From a virus (Duplodnaviria; Caudoviricetes): a stretch of 60,027 bases of DNA. Shown here one piece after another: positions 26,240-35,117 of this stretch. The DNA is taken from positions 1 to 60,027 of the IMG/VR virus record IMGVR_UViG_3300032315_000413. One strand, written 5' to 3'. Position 1 is the stretch's first letter. Each line of letters begins with the position of its first letter. Position numbers and translations under genes: made by a program. The notes beneath the pieces were generated by a model, which did not search any database, had not been told where the DNA came from, and worked only from the letters and a program-made list of their open reading frames with translations.

Positions 26240-26536
26240 ATGATCCAACCATCAAGACGCGGTTTCCTCGGTCTGATCGGCGTCGGCCTCGCGGCACCGT
26301 TGATCGTGCGCGCGACCAGCATCATGCCGGTGAAGGCGATGCCGGTTGCGCCAAACTTAGTTGTATTTCCAGAACATTGCTTCTCAAACTCAACCGTGAC
26401 CTATTACACAGTAGTTGGCCGCGACGAGTATGGGAACTTTAGGTCAGAGACTTTTCTGCTGGGACCAAACGAAGAAAAGCACGTTGTCTCTAAGACTCTT
26501 GCGCTTAGTGACGGATGTTTGACGGTAAACTTTTAG
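26240..26536 (+). CDS. Protein with twin-arginine (Tat)-like N-terminus
   Basis: SRRGFLG followed by hydrophobic LIGVGLAAPLIV; GGAGG RBS. Confidence 0.65.
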   Translation: MIQPSRRGFLGLIGVGLAAPLIVRATSIMPVKAMPVAPNLVVFPEHCFSNSTVTYYTVVGRDEYGNFRSETFLLGPNEEKHVVSKTLALSDGCLTVNF

Positions 26537-27117
26537 CTTTTCCCACTAGCCTTCTTGGCGATCTCGCCTAGTGCATTGCTGGTCGCCTGCGCGTTGGCGC
26601 GGGCGCTTACGCTGCTGCCGAAGAAGAAACCGTAGACCTGCTCGGCCTTGGAGTTGACGAAGCCTGCCAGCATGCCAACGGCGTTAGCGATCGCGATGAC
26701 CAACTCAGGGTTCTTGATCTGCACGCCCTGCGTCATGAGGGCGTAGTAGCCCCAGAGCATCGTGCCATTGATCACAAAGAACGCGGCCACGGTGATGTAG
26801 GCGAGGTTGCTGGAGACGTTCTGACCCCCGTTGCGGAAGAGCTGCCGCGCGTCCTGAACGTCGCCCAGCTCCGCCAGCCGCTCTTGGTGCGCGCGGTCGG
26901 CTTCCTTGTCGCGGACGTCGAGCAGCTTCTCCTTGAAGCGCAGGGCCAGCGTCGGATCTTTGGCGATGGCCGTCTCGACGGCGTCCTTGTCGTCGGTGCC
27001 GAAGACGCTCGTGGCGACCTCGGTCACGGTCTTAGCGACGGCCTCGCCGTTCTTCCCGAAGATCGCCCCAGCCAAGCCGGGGAGCAACTGCAACGCAAGC
27101 GGAATCAGGGGTAACAT
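26533..27117 (-). CDS. Holin-like membrane protein
   Basis: N-terminal amphipathic segment, DVQDAR motif, two TM helices and YGFFFGSS motif; adjacent to the endolysin candidate. Confidence 0.7.
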   Translation of the reverse strand: MLPLIPLALQLLPGLAGAIFGKNGEAVAKTVTEVATSVFGTDDKDAVETAIAKDPTLALRFKEKLLDVRDKEADRAHQERLAELGDVQDARQLFRNGGQNVSSNLAYITVAAFFVINGTMLWGYYALMTQGVQIKNPELVIAIANAVGMLAGFVNSKAEQVYGFFFGSSVSARANAQATSNALGEIAKKASGKS

Positions 27118-27118
27118 C

Positions 27119-27574
27119 TCAAGCCTCCAAAGCCATGGTGACACCCTCAAAGATATCGCGGTCTTGGAACCACGGCGTGCCTTCCGGCCTGCGACCGTTC
27201 TCCTTGATCGAGATTGCCTTCGCGAGCATGAAAAGAGTGTGATTGTCGAACGGCAGGTCTTGGTCGGCGCCGAAGCCTGCCATGACCGACACGAACCGGA
27301 TATATGCTTCGGTATCGTTCTCGTTGGGTGGCGCCCAGCGGCTGATGATGCCGCGAATCGTCTTGATGCCGTGCTTTTTGCGATAGTTCAAGATGATCTT
27401 GACGAGCGCGCGGAAGCCGTATGCCGCCGAGATGAACGTGTCGAACTCAGGATCAACGCCAAGCCCACGCGGCGCGAGGCCTTTCCAATCTTGGCCTTTG
27501 CGTATGTTCCCCGGATTTTGATTCCTAAGTCCGCGCGGTCCTGCTGCGCGTCCGACTGCCACTGATGCACTCAT
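27119..27574 (-). CDS. Lysozyme-like endolysin / virion muralytic protein
   Basis: PRGLRNQNPGNIR, GFRAL, TIRGIISRWAPPNENDTEAYI and AI..KENG motifs. Confidence 0.8.
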   Translation of the reverse strand: MSASVAVGRAAGPRGLRNQNPGNIRKGQDWKGLAPRGLGVDPEFDTFISAAYGFRALVKIILNYRKKHGIKTIRGIISRWAPPNENDTEAYIRFVSVMAGFGADQDLPFDNHTLFMLAKAISIKENGRRPEGTPWFQDRDIFEGVTMALEA

Positions 27575-27584
27575 AACTGCCTCC

Positions 27585-27782
27585 TTACAGTTCGTCCGAG
27601 ATAGACTTGTTCAAACAGATCGCCATTAGCGCCAGCTCCGTAATGTCTGCCGACCACTGCGCGTAGGTGTGGCCGTCCTTCTGGATGACGACGATCGCGA
27701 AGCTCTCGATCGCGTCAGCTTTCTTCTGAACTTCTTCAAGGACGTCGGCGGGTGTGCGACGAAGATTGACGACTTTTGGCAT
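27585..27782 (-). CDS. Hypothetical protein
   Basis: 65-aa ORF coupled to the upstream gene. Confidence 0.6.
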   Translation of the reverse strand: MPKVVNLRRTPADVLEEVQKKADAIESFAIVVIQKDGHTYAQWSADITELALMAICLNKSISDEL

Positions 27783-28120
27783 TAAAAGTACCTCTTGCTA
27801 TCGAAGCCATGAACGTCGCAGATGCGCTTGGCGCAACGCTGAAACTCAGGCCCGTGGTGCGCCTTCACGCCGCGCCGGTCCAAGTAGACATGGATCATCT
27901 CGTGGGCCATCGTGCTGAGAAGGCTATGCGTGTGCGCCGAACACTTCTCAGAGATGCCGATCTCGCTCCCAGCGCAGTAGCCTGCATCCGTCATCGATTT
28001 AGTGACCTTGAACTTGATGTCGTGGGCAGGCGGCAGCTTCCAGCGGTTGAAGGGCGGCGTCGAACGCAAGTAGGTGTACGCAGCGGCAATTATCTCAGGC
28101 GTCAAGTGCAAGCCAGCCAC
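27782..28120 (-). CDS. SprT-like zinc metalloprotease domain protein
   Basis: TMAHEMIH followed by HHGPEF. Confidence 0.8.
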   Translation of the reverse strand: MAGLHLTPEIIAAAYTYLRSTPPFNRWKLPPAHDIKFKVTKSMTDAGYCAGSEIGISEKCSAHTHSLLSTMAHEMIHVYLDRRGVKAHHGPEFQRCAKRICDVHGFDSKRYF

Positions 28121-28122
28121 GG

Positions 28123-29250
28123 CTAGAGGCCCGCACGCTTACGCTTGAAGGTCAGGAACTCCGCACCCTCTTCGATGTCGTGGATGACCGTCACGAGGCG
28201 CGGGTCGTCGTCGGCGTATTGCGGGTCGATGATCGTCACGACGGCGGGGGTGATATTTTGGTTTGGCAAACCCAGCTCTTTGCCGTAGCGGTCGTGGATC
28301 TTGTAACCGGCGACGCGGATCGCGTGGCTAATGAGGCCGTTGGCGGGGTCTTTGAGGATCTGGTAGCCGCTCGTGTGCTTGTGGCCGCAGGTCAAAATAT
28401 GATCGCGCCAGCCCATCTGGATAGCCTTCGCAGGACCGTGCGCCGTGTTCCACTGGCTATGTCCGGCGAAGTCGTGGCGGGCGTTGACGCGCACCTCTTT
28501 GCCGTTCAGGAATTGCAGGCCAAGCCTTGCGCCCCATCCTTCGTACTGCACGCCTGCGTGCTTGCTAATCCAATCGAGCGGGTCACCGGCACCGGACCAG
28601 AGGTCGTGGTTGCCGCCGATCAGATAGAGCCACGGTATCTCTTTGACCATCCACTCCGTCAACGTCCAAGCCTCTTTGGCGCTCGTGGACTGCTCGGCGT
28701 AGAGACGCGCGAGGCGACCAACCCAGTTATTCTGCAAGTCGCCGACATTTCCGCCCATCATGCCGGGGGTGTTCTTGACGGTTTTCAAATGCCGCTCAAG
28801 GGCGACGATGTCTGTGCCGGGATCGTCAACGTGCGGGTCGCCAAAGTGGACGATGCCGACCGGACCCGCGATTTTGACTTTGACGTTGATCAGCCTGCGC
28901 GCCGTCTCGGCCTTGGACTTGCGCGCCCACTCGAGCTTGCGTCGCTCGATCAGTTCCCCGATGGGTGCCTCGGCAGAAGGCAGCGGCTCGCTGGAGAAGA
29001 CCGCGTTAAATTGCGTGTGACGCCCCGTGCTGGCGGCATGCTCAAGGACACAAAGTGCCGCCTTGGGCAGCTCGCCTTTGGGCATCATGCCGCGTATGAC
29101 AGCCTGCCCAAGGCGGCGAGAGAAGGTTGGCGTTGAGACACCTTGATCGGCTGCTGCCGCCTTCAAATTGCTTCCGGTTGCGCGGTACGACTTGACGGCG
29201 GCGGCGACGACCTCATCTGAGGTCTTGTGATAAGTTCGAGCGCGAGGCAT
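28123..29250 (-). CDS. Calcineurin-like metallophosphoesterase with N-terminal HTH
   Basis: GDPH, GDLQNN, GNHD, RH and GHKH motifs; N-terminal helix-turn-helix. Confidence 0.85.
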   Translation of the reverse strand: MPRARTYHKTSDEVVAAAVKSYRATGSNLKAAAADQGVSTPTFSRRLGQAVIRGMMPKGELPKAALCVLEHAASTGRHTQFNAVFSSEPLPSAEAPIGELIERRKLEWARKSKAETARRLINVKVKIAGPVGIVHFGDPHVDDPGTDIVALERHLKTVKNTPGMMGGNVGDLQNNWVGRLARLYAEQSTSAKEAWTLTEWMVKEIPWLYLIGGNHDLWSGAGDPLDWISKHAGVQYEGWGARLGLQFLNGKEVRVNARHDFAGHSQWNTAHGPAKAIQMGWRDHILTCGHKHTSGYQILKDPANGLISHAIRVAGYKIHDRYGKELGLPNQNITPAVVTIIDPQYADDDPRLVTVIHDIEEGAEFLTFKRKRAGL

Positions 29251-29540
29251 CAACTTCTCCCAGATGGCGTGACGCGGAATAGTGTGCCGCGATTCAACGT
29301 GCAGGCGAGTGCGCTGTTTGTAGGAAAGAAGGCTACAAGCCACTCTTGGGTCTGCGGCTGGTAGAGGATGACGTTTTTGTCGCCGTCATTGTCGATCCCC
29401 GTGGCGACAAAATCATACCCGCTTTCGGTTACGATTTTAATAAATAAACCCAGAGGTATGCAGCCGGAGCGGATGTTTTCGGGCGATGCCTCGGCGGGCG
29501 CAGATAGCAAAAGGCTGGCTAATGCTACCGTGGCCCACAT
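29250..29540 (-). CDS. Secreted/periplasmic hypothetical protein
   Basis: Signal peptide MWATVALASLLLSAPAEA and two Cys residues. Confidence 0.6.
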   Translation of the reverse strand: MWATVALASLLLSAPAEASPENIRSGCIPLGLFIKIVTESGYDFVATGIDNDGDKNVILYQPQTQEWLVAFFPTNSALACTLNRGTLFRVTPSGRS

Positions 29541-29549
29541 GGCGATCTC

Positions 29550-29813
29550 CTATTTTCCAAGTATCCAGTGAACGACAGCCGCAAAACCGCCGCCGACGGT
29601 GACGATCAAGCCACCGATCTTGACGCTCGCCCACCAAGCCCCCTGCCCCATGTTGGCGGCAGTGACGAGCCGGTTTAGCTTCTCGTCTATTCCGTCGAGG
29701 CGCTTCTCGATCCGCCCCTCACTTTCCTCAAGGCGCTTCTCAAGGGCGGCGACCTCGGCCTGAAGGCGTCCGATGTCACGTTCGTTATTTGGCATCCGGC
29801 GGTCTTCGACCAT
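29550..29813 (-). CDS. Coiled-coil plus C-terminal TM protein (lysis-associated candidate)
   Basis: DIGRLQAEV coiled coil, then GQGAWW and a hydrophobic helix. Confidence 0.7.
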   Translation of the reverse strand: MVEDRRMPNNERDIGRLQAEVAALEKRLEESEGRIEKRLDGIDEKLNRLVTAANMGQGAWWASVKIGGLIVTVGGGFAAVVHWILGK

Positions 29814-29816
29814 GTT

Positions 29817-31814
29817 CTATTCCTCGTCTTCGGGGAGTGGCGTTTGCTGGCGCAGGGCGTCCGGCGACGCGGCAGCAGACCCGAAGGCTCCGGCTCCGAT
29901 CGTGTAGCCCAAGTTTTTGCGTTCCGTTTCTTTGACCATCTCAGCTTGACGGCTGCGAAGGCGCTGCAGGATCTGAGCCTGTTCGGCGGGGTCGGTCGCA
30001 AACAGCAAGCGGCTCGCCTCGTCGCCGGTCTTGCTGCCGACACCCAAGCCCTTGGCCTTCGCCGCCAGCCAGCTTGCTGCAAATTGCGTCGGCGAGCGAA
30101 TCGCCTCGATGACCTGCGGCACGAACTCGTCCTGCTCTTGGACCTCACGCATGGCGGCACCGCGCGAGGCAGTCGGAGAGCCGAGCGTCATCTTGGAACG
30201 AGCAGAAGCGTTCTTGGCTTCCGTTTCCAAAGTCTTTATAAGCGTGTCGTATTCGGCTTGGTCGGGCGTGATCGCGCGCAGCTTGTTGCGAATGTGACCG
30301 GTGTTGACGAGGCTCGCCGCCTTGTTGGCACCATCCGTCTGTTTCATCAGTTTTTCGTCCAACGCCTGCACAGCTCCGGCGCGATAATGCTCCTGCTCGT
30401 TTTTCGAGAGGGCGCTGATTTGCTTCCTCATCTGCTCCGGCGTCATGTACGACAGCATCGCCTTGCGGCCATCTTCCATCGATTCCTGCACCGACTTTGC
30501 GTCGCTGTAGATGCTTTGAGCATCAGCAAAAAGCGGGTTGCGTTGTTTGCCGATTCGATCAAGGTTTTTGTAAGCGTCCGTAAAGTTGCTGGCGTGCGCT
30601 GCTCCGCTGCGCCACAAACCATCCTTGACCTCGCGCAGCCCGCGAATAAATGCGTGCCATTCGGCAGTGTTCATGTCGATAGGGAACTCAACATCGACGA
30701 TGTTTCCCTCATTGTCTTTCTTAAACTTAAAGAACTCGCGCGGAGGCTTGCCCACATTGAGCGGGTCCGTGGTGTAGACCTTTCGGGCTGCTGCAGACGC
30801 TTTTTCAAGTTCATCTTTTGGGATAAGCTGCAAGATGTCGGAGACGTCTCTGCCCATCATATTGATGGGAGCTGCGTAAGCCCTTTCATACATTGGAGCG
30901 GATTGCTGCTTCAGCACCGCGTCGATGTCGGCCGCTTTTTGGACGTAGTCTCCGGCACCCGTGCGCGCATGCAAAGCATTGCTAACGCGCGCACCTTGAC
31001 CGCTGTGAGCCTGTTCGATCTCGCGCCGCGCTACGTTCATTCCGGCACCCGGAAGATTGGCGATGCCTTCGCCGAGCGAGGTCATGTTCGGGCCTTGCGT
31101 TGCCATCATTGACGGAATGCCAAGCGCATTCTCTTCGGCCAGCCGCGCGCCGATGTCGTCAACACTAAGGTTGTCTCGCCCCATAGACTTTAGGGCGAGA
31201 CGCTCGCCCTTTACGGAAGCAGGGAGCGTAGCTGCGTTCCAAACGCCGCGAGCCGCATCCATAACCAGAGGCATAGCGCCGCCAACAGTAAAGCCAGCAG
31301 CCGCATCTTGAGCCGCGTTCGCCAATCGATCACCAGCACCTCCCTCGCCTTGTCCAAAACCTGCAGCACCACCCGTCAGACCGCCGACAGTCGCCGTGCG
31401 CGCAGGAACCGGCATACGTTCAAATTGCGCGCTGAGGCTAGCCAAACCACGCTCGGCTGCTTGCGGGGCAAAGCGCGAGATAGCAGAACGCGCAAGGCCG
31501 ACAGGGCCGGTTAGCGCCAAACCTCCAAGACCCTCTGTCAGAAACGAGCCGACCGGATTTTCGCGGTTGAATGCCGCGACCTGACCGCGCTCGTCTTCAA
31601 GGGCTGTGTCGTAGTCCTCGCCAAGCGCCGAGCGGATGCCCGCAATAGCCTCGTCTCCAAAACCCAGCGTCGCCCCTTGAAACAGCGAGCGGCCCGTGTT
31701 CTTGAGGTTAGTGGCAGGCGTCGGGTCGGGGCGTGTGCGGCGTCCCGGTGTCGCCACGCCGCTCTTGGCGCGCAGCTTGTCAAGTTCTGTTTGCTCTTCG
31801 GGGGTCAAAGCCAT
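29817..31814 (-). CDS. Internal virion / DNA-ejection protein
   Basis: QGATLGFGDEAIAG motif, Ala/Gly-rich helical protein, located after the nozzle gene. Confidence 0.7.
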   Translation of the reverse strand: MALTPEEQTELDKLRAKSGVATPGRRTRPDPTPATNLKNTGRSLFQGATLGFGDEAIAGIRSALGEDYDTALEDERGQVAAFNRENPVGSFLTEGLGGLALTGPVGLARSAISRFAPQAAERGLASLSAQFERMPVPARTATVGGLTGGAAGFGQGEGGAGDRLANAAQDAAAGFTVGGAMPLVMDAARGVWNAATLPASVKGERLALKSMGRDNLSVDDIGARLAEENALGIPSMMATQGPNMTSLGEGIANLPGAGMNVARREIEQAHSGQGARVSNALHARTGAGDYVQKAADIDAVLKQQSAPMYERAYAAPINMMGRDVSDILQLIPKDELEKASAAARKVYTTDPLNVGKPPREFFKFKKDNEGNIVDVEFPIDMNTAEWHAFIRGLREVKDGLWRSGAAHASNFTDAYKNLDRIGKQRNPLFADAQSIYSDAKSVQESMEDGRKAMLSYMTPEQMRKQISALSKNEQEHYRAGAVQALDEKLMKQTDGANKAASLVNTGHIRNKLRAITPDQAEYDTLIKTLETEAKNASARSKMTLGSPTASRGAAMREVQEQDEFVPQVIEAIRSPTQFAASWLAAKAKGLGVGSKTGDEASRLLFATDPAEQAQILQRLRSRQAEMVKETERKNLGYTIGAGAFGSAAASPDALRQQTPLPEDEE

Positions 31815-34800
31815 TTACTTGCCCTCGCGCTTTTCGAGGTCTTTCATGCGGAAGTACTCCTGCCAAGTCATCCGGTTCTCGACGAGCTTGTACGGAAGTT
31901 GGCCGCGCCTAGCGTTCGTAACTGGGACCGCGAGCGGATTGGCGTTTTTGTACTCATCCCAAGCCGACTGCGCGCCTTGCATTGTGCGGTTTGCCGCGAA
32001 GTACGCGCGGTCGAACTCGGCCTTCTGCTTGAGATTGGCAGCGGCACGCAGGCGGTAGTCGATGATCTGGTCGTTGGCTGCTTTGCTTTTCTCAATAGAA
32101 GGCTGCTGGGCGACCAACTGCTTGGCGTCAAAGTCGGACACGGCACCCGTTCCGGCTACGCGCCCGAGGGGTGCGATCTCCGCCGTGATGGACTCCATGC
32201 GTTGGAGTGTGTCGCTGCCAAGCACCACGCCTTGTTTGATCAGCGGAATGTTGAGGGCGGCACCGCCCGTGTTGGCGCGACCGGACAGGGCCTTCCACTC
32301 GCCGAGCAAGTCTTCGACGCGGGTTGCCTGATCGATGTCGCCCTGCCGGTCGGCATCCTGCTTCAGAAAATCAGCTTGAAACCTGACCAGCAGCTCTTCG
32401 CGCTTTTTCGGGCTAAGACCACGCCACGGCAAGGTCGTCAGCGCAGGCACGTTAAGTTGGCGCGCCGTCTGAGCGATCTCGGCGGGGTCCCCCGCCTCGG
32501 CTGGCTTGGTCCGATAGGGGCTGGCCGCAGGCGTCGCACCGGGGGCGCTAGGGGCTTCGCTGGCGGGCGCAGGCGTCGTCGGGGCAGGACGCTCGGCCCC
32601 CGGCTGCGGGGGCGTGCCCGCGGTCGCCGCAGGAGCGGCGCGAAGGGTGCCGGGGCGCGGTGTGCGAGCCTCAAAGTCCTCGCGCTGCTTGGCGACGTAA
32701 TCCTCGATGAACGCAGGCTGGTCTTCTTCATGGATGTTGGCTGCTGCCACGCGGGCGGCTCGACGCCAAGTCGGCTCCAAGCGTCCCACGAGCGCGTCCC
32801 ACTGCGCGCCTTGCGCTGCCTCGGCGGTCGTGCGCGCTGTCTCTGCGGCCTGTTGACGGACGCCAAGATTGCCCTCGGAAATCGTCCGTGTCAGATCGCG
32901 CTGCGCGGCACGATCAGCAGCCGTTTGCTCCATCTGCGCCTTGCGGTCAGTCGCCGCCTGCCGGTCGCGCAGCACGCCCGCGATGCTCGTCAGGCGGTCG
33001 CGCTCGGACTGCGTCAGTTCCTTGCGGTTCTCGCGGCTCATGTCGAGCTGGATTTTGGCGAGTTCGCGCCGCGCCTGCCGTTCAGCGCTGTCGCGTTGGT
33101 CAGCGCCCCGGTCCATGTAGCCGACGCCCTGCGCGAACGCACGGCCCAGCGATTGGCTGTCGGAGTTCGCCATGCCGACGCCGAGGTCCGACAGGTTGCG
33201 CCGCCAGTCGCCGCCCTTGGGCTGGTATTCCTTCATTAGGTCGGCAAGCGCACGCGACTCACCCTCGCGCGCGGCGCGCATCTCGTTGGGGTCTGGTGCC
33301 TGCATCAGGCGGCGTGCATACTCCTGCTCAAGGTCCATGCCGCTCATCTGCGCCGGTTGCGGGCGCGCGGGTGCTGCCGGAGCGGCAGGACGCGGTGCTG
33401 CAGCCGGGAGATGCGGGATCATCGTCGGAGCGATCTGCGACGGCATGTTCGCGGCACCGCCAACAGTCACAGGCGGCTGCGCTTGCGCGTTCATCACCAT
33501 CGGCGACTGCTGCGGATTGTTGCTCGGCATGATGCCTGCGGCACCGCCCATTTGTGCCAACGTGCGTGCGCCCTCTTCCGGTGTCATCTGATACGGCATT
33601 GTCACCGGACGCGGGCTGGGCGTCGGAGGCGGCAGGCGCATCAGGTCCGCGCTAAACTGCGGCGACGTTTCGGCGGTCATTTGCTGGTCGCGTGCGCCAT
33701 CTTCTGCGCGTCGCAAAATGCCGTTGATGCTGTCATCTTCCAGCACCGGCAATGTTTTTTCGTCAATGCCCATGCGACCGCCGACATCAAAGCGCGCCAG
33801 CCCGCCGCTGCGGTAGTTCTTGCGCGTTGACGGTGCCGTGTTGACCTGCGCCATCGGCTCCTTGTAGTTCTGCGAGGTGAACGACGTCCCCGGCTGGCTG
33901 TACATCGCGCGCAGGCGGGCGATCGTGTCGGCAGGAAGCTCGCGCCCCGGCTCGGGCTTGGAGGCTTTGCCGCCGTCGGCAAGGTAGCTACCGCCGCCAA
34001 AGAAATTAAAATCGTCGGCAATGCCGCCTGAACCAAGGCCACCGCCGCTGAACAGATCTCCGATGCTGTAATCACCGCCGCCAAAGAACCCAAGATCGTC
34101 AGCAATACCGCCAATCCCAATGCCACCGCCCGTGGAATTAGAACTTCCGCCGCCGCCAAACAACCCGCCAAGGCCGCTCAACGCTGACGATCCGGCACTG
34201 ATCAAGCCGCCGATGCCGCTCTGGACGTTCGGATTGAGTGCGGCAAGACCTGCCGACAAACCGTCTTTCCACGGGTTGTTCGGTGTCGATGTGAGAGCTT
34301 GCGAACCCATGCCTTTGGTGCCAGCGTTGATCAGGTTGGCGCTAATGTCCCACGGGTACTGGCGCTGCGCGAAGCCTTCCGTGCCAAGCACCTTCGCATT
34401 GTCAAGCTGCGTAGCGCGCCAATCTTTTGCCAATTGCGGCTGCAACGCTGCCAGCGAGGTCTGCTGCGTAATGTCGCTACGACCAAGCTGGTTGTTGAGG
34501 TTCGACTGCTGCTGCGCGTTGCTGAAGCCTTGCTGGTTAAGGCTGGCGTTCAGATCTTGCAACGACCGCGCGCGTTTGTCGTTGGCAAGTTCGAGTGCGA
34601 TTTGCGAGCGGTCGCCAAATCCCGACATGTTCTGAGCAGCACCGGCACGGTCAGCGTTCTCAGCGCGGTTCGCCGCCTGCGTCGCGTAGTCCATCGTGTT
34701 CGCCGTGACGAGCTGCTGCCACGGGTTCATGTTGTTGGTGATGGCCTGTGTCGCCGCACCGGGGTTGGCGTTCCAGTTAGCGCCGCCCTGCATGTTGGCG

Positions 34801-35108
34801 AGCTGGTTGCTCAAGCCGCCGAAGGTCTCCGCCGTCTGTCCGATGACGTTGCCGACCGTCGGATCAGTCGCGGCGCTCCCCAGCATCTGCTGGTAGGTCT
34901 TGATCCAATTGTTGGCGTCGTAGGGCTGCGCGCCCGCCGTGTTGGCGATGGCCGTTCCCTGATTGTAGATGCCCTGCGCGCCGCTGGAGAGGAACTGCGG
35001 CGTCGTCGTCACAGTGCTGGTCTGCGGCGCACTCGTCGCATAGCCGAGTGCTGCTGCGCCCAGCGGTGCCGCAGACTGCAAGAAGTTGCCCCAGTTGAAA
35101 TCGGCCAT
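31815..35108 (-). CDS. Large internal virion / ejection protein (1097 aa)
   Basis: Gln/Asn-rich N-terminus (NPW, GFGDRS), Gly-rich linker with xxxGG motifs, Pro-rich middle and helical C-terminus (GAVSDFD). Confidence 0.7.
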   Translation of the reverse strand: MADFNWGNFLQSAAPLGAAALGYATSAPQTSTVTTTPQFLSSGAQGIYNQGTAIANTAGAQPYDANNWIKTYQQMLGSAATDPTVGNVIGQTAETFGGLSNQLANMQGGANWNANPGAATQAITNNMNPWQQLVTANTMDYATQAANRAENADRAGAAQNMSGFGDRSQIALELANDKRARSLQDLNASLNQQGFSNAQQQSNLNNQLGRSDITQQTSLAALQPQLAKDWRATQLDNAKVLGTEGFAQRQYPWDISANLINAGTKGMGSQALTSTPNNPWKDGLSAGLAALNPNVQSGIGGLISAGSSALSGLGGLFGGGGSSNSTGGGIGIGGIADDLGFFGGGDYSIGDLFSGGGLGSGGIADDFNFFGGGSYLADGGKASKPEPGRELPADTIARLRAMYSQPGTSFTSQNYKEPMAQVNTAPSTRKNYRSGGLARFDVGGRMGIDEKTLPVLEDDSINGILRRAEDGARDQQMTAETSPQFSADLMRLPPPTPSPRPVTMPYQMTPEEGARTLAQMGGAAGIMPSNNPQQSPMVMNAQAQPPVTVGGAANMPSQIAPTMIPHLPAAAPRPAAPAAPARPQPAQMSGMDLEQEYARRLMQAPDPNEMRAAREGESRALADLMKEYQPKGGDWRRNLSDLGVGMANSDSQSLGRAFAQGVGYMDRGADQRDSAERQARRELAKIQLDMSRENRKELTQSERDRLTSIAGVLRDRQAATDRKAQMEQTAADRAAQRDLTRTISEGNLGVRQQAAETARTTAEAAQGAQWDALVGRLEPTWRRAARVAAANIHEEDQPAFIEDYVAKQREDFEARTPRPGTLRAAPAATAGTPPQPGAERPAPTTPAPASEAPSAPGATPAASPYRTKPAEAGDPAEIAQTARQLNVPALTTLPWRGLSPKKREELLVRFQADFLKQDADRQGDIDQATRVEDLLGEWKALSGRANTGGAALNIPLIKQGVVLGSDTLQRMESITAEIAPLGRVAGTGAVSDFDAKQLVAQQPSIEKSKAANDQIIDYRLRAAANLKQKAEFDRAYFAANRTMQGAQSAWDEYKNANPLAVPVTNARRGQLPYKLVENRMTWQEYFRMKDLEKREGK

Positions 35109-35117
35109 GTTTAACTC

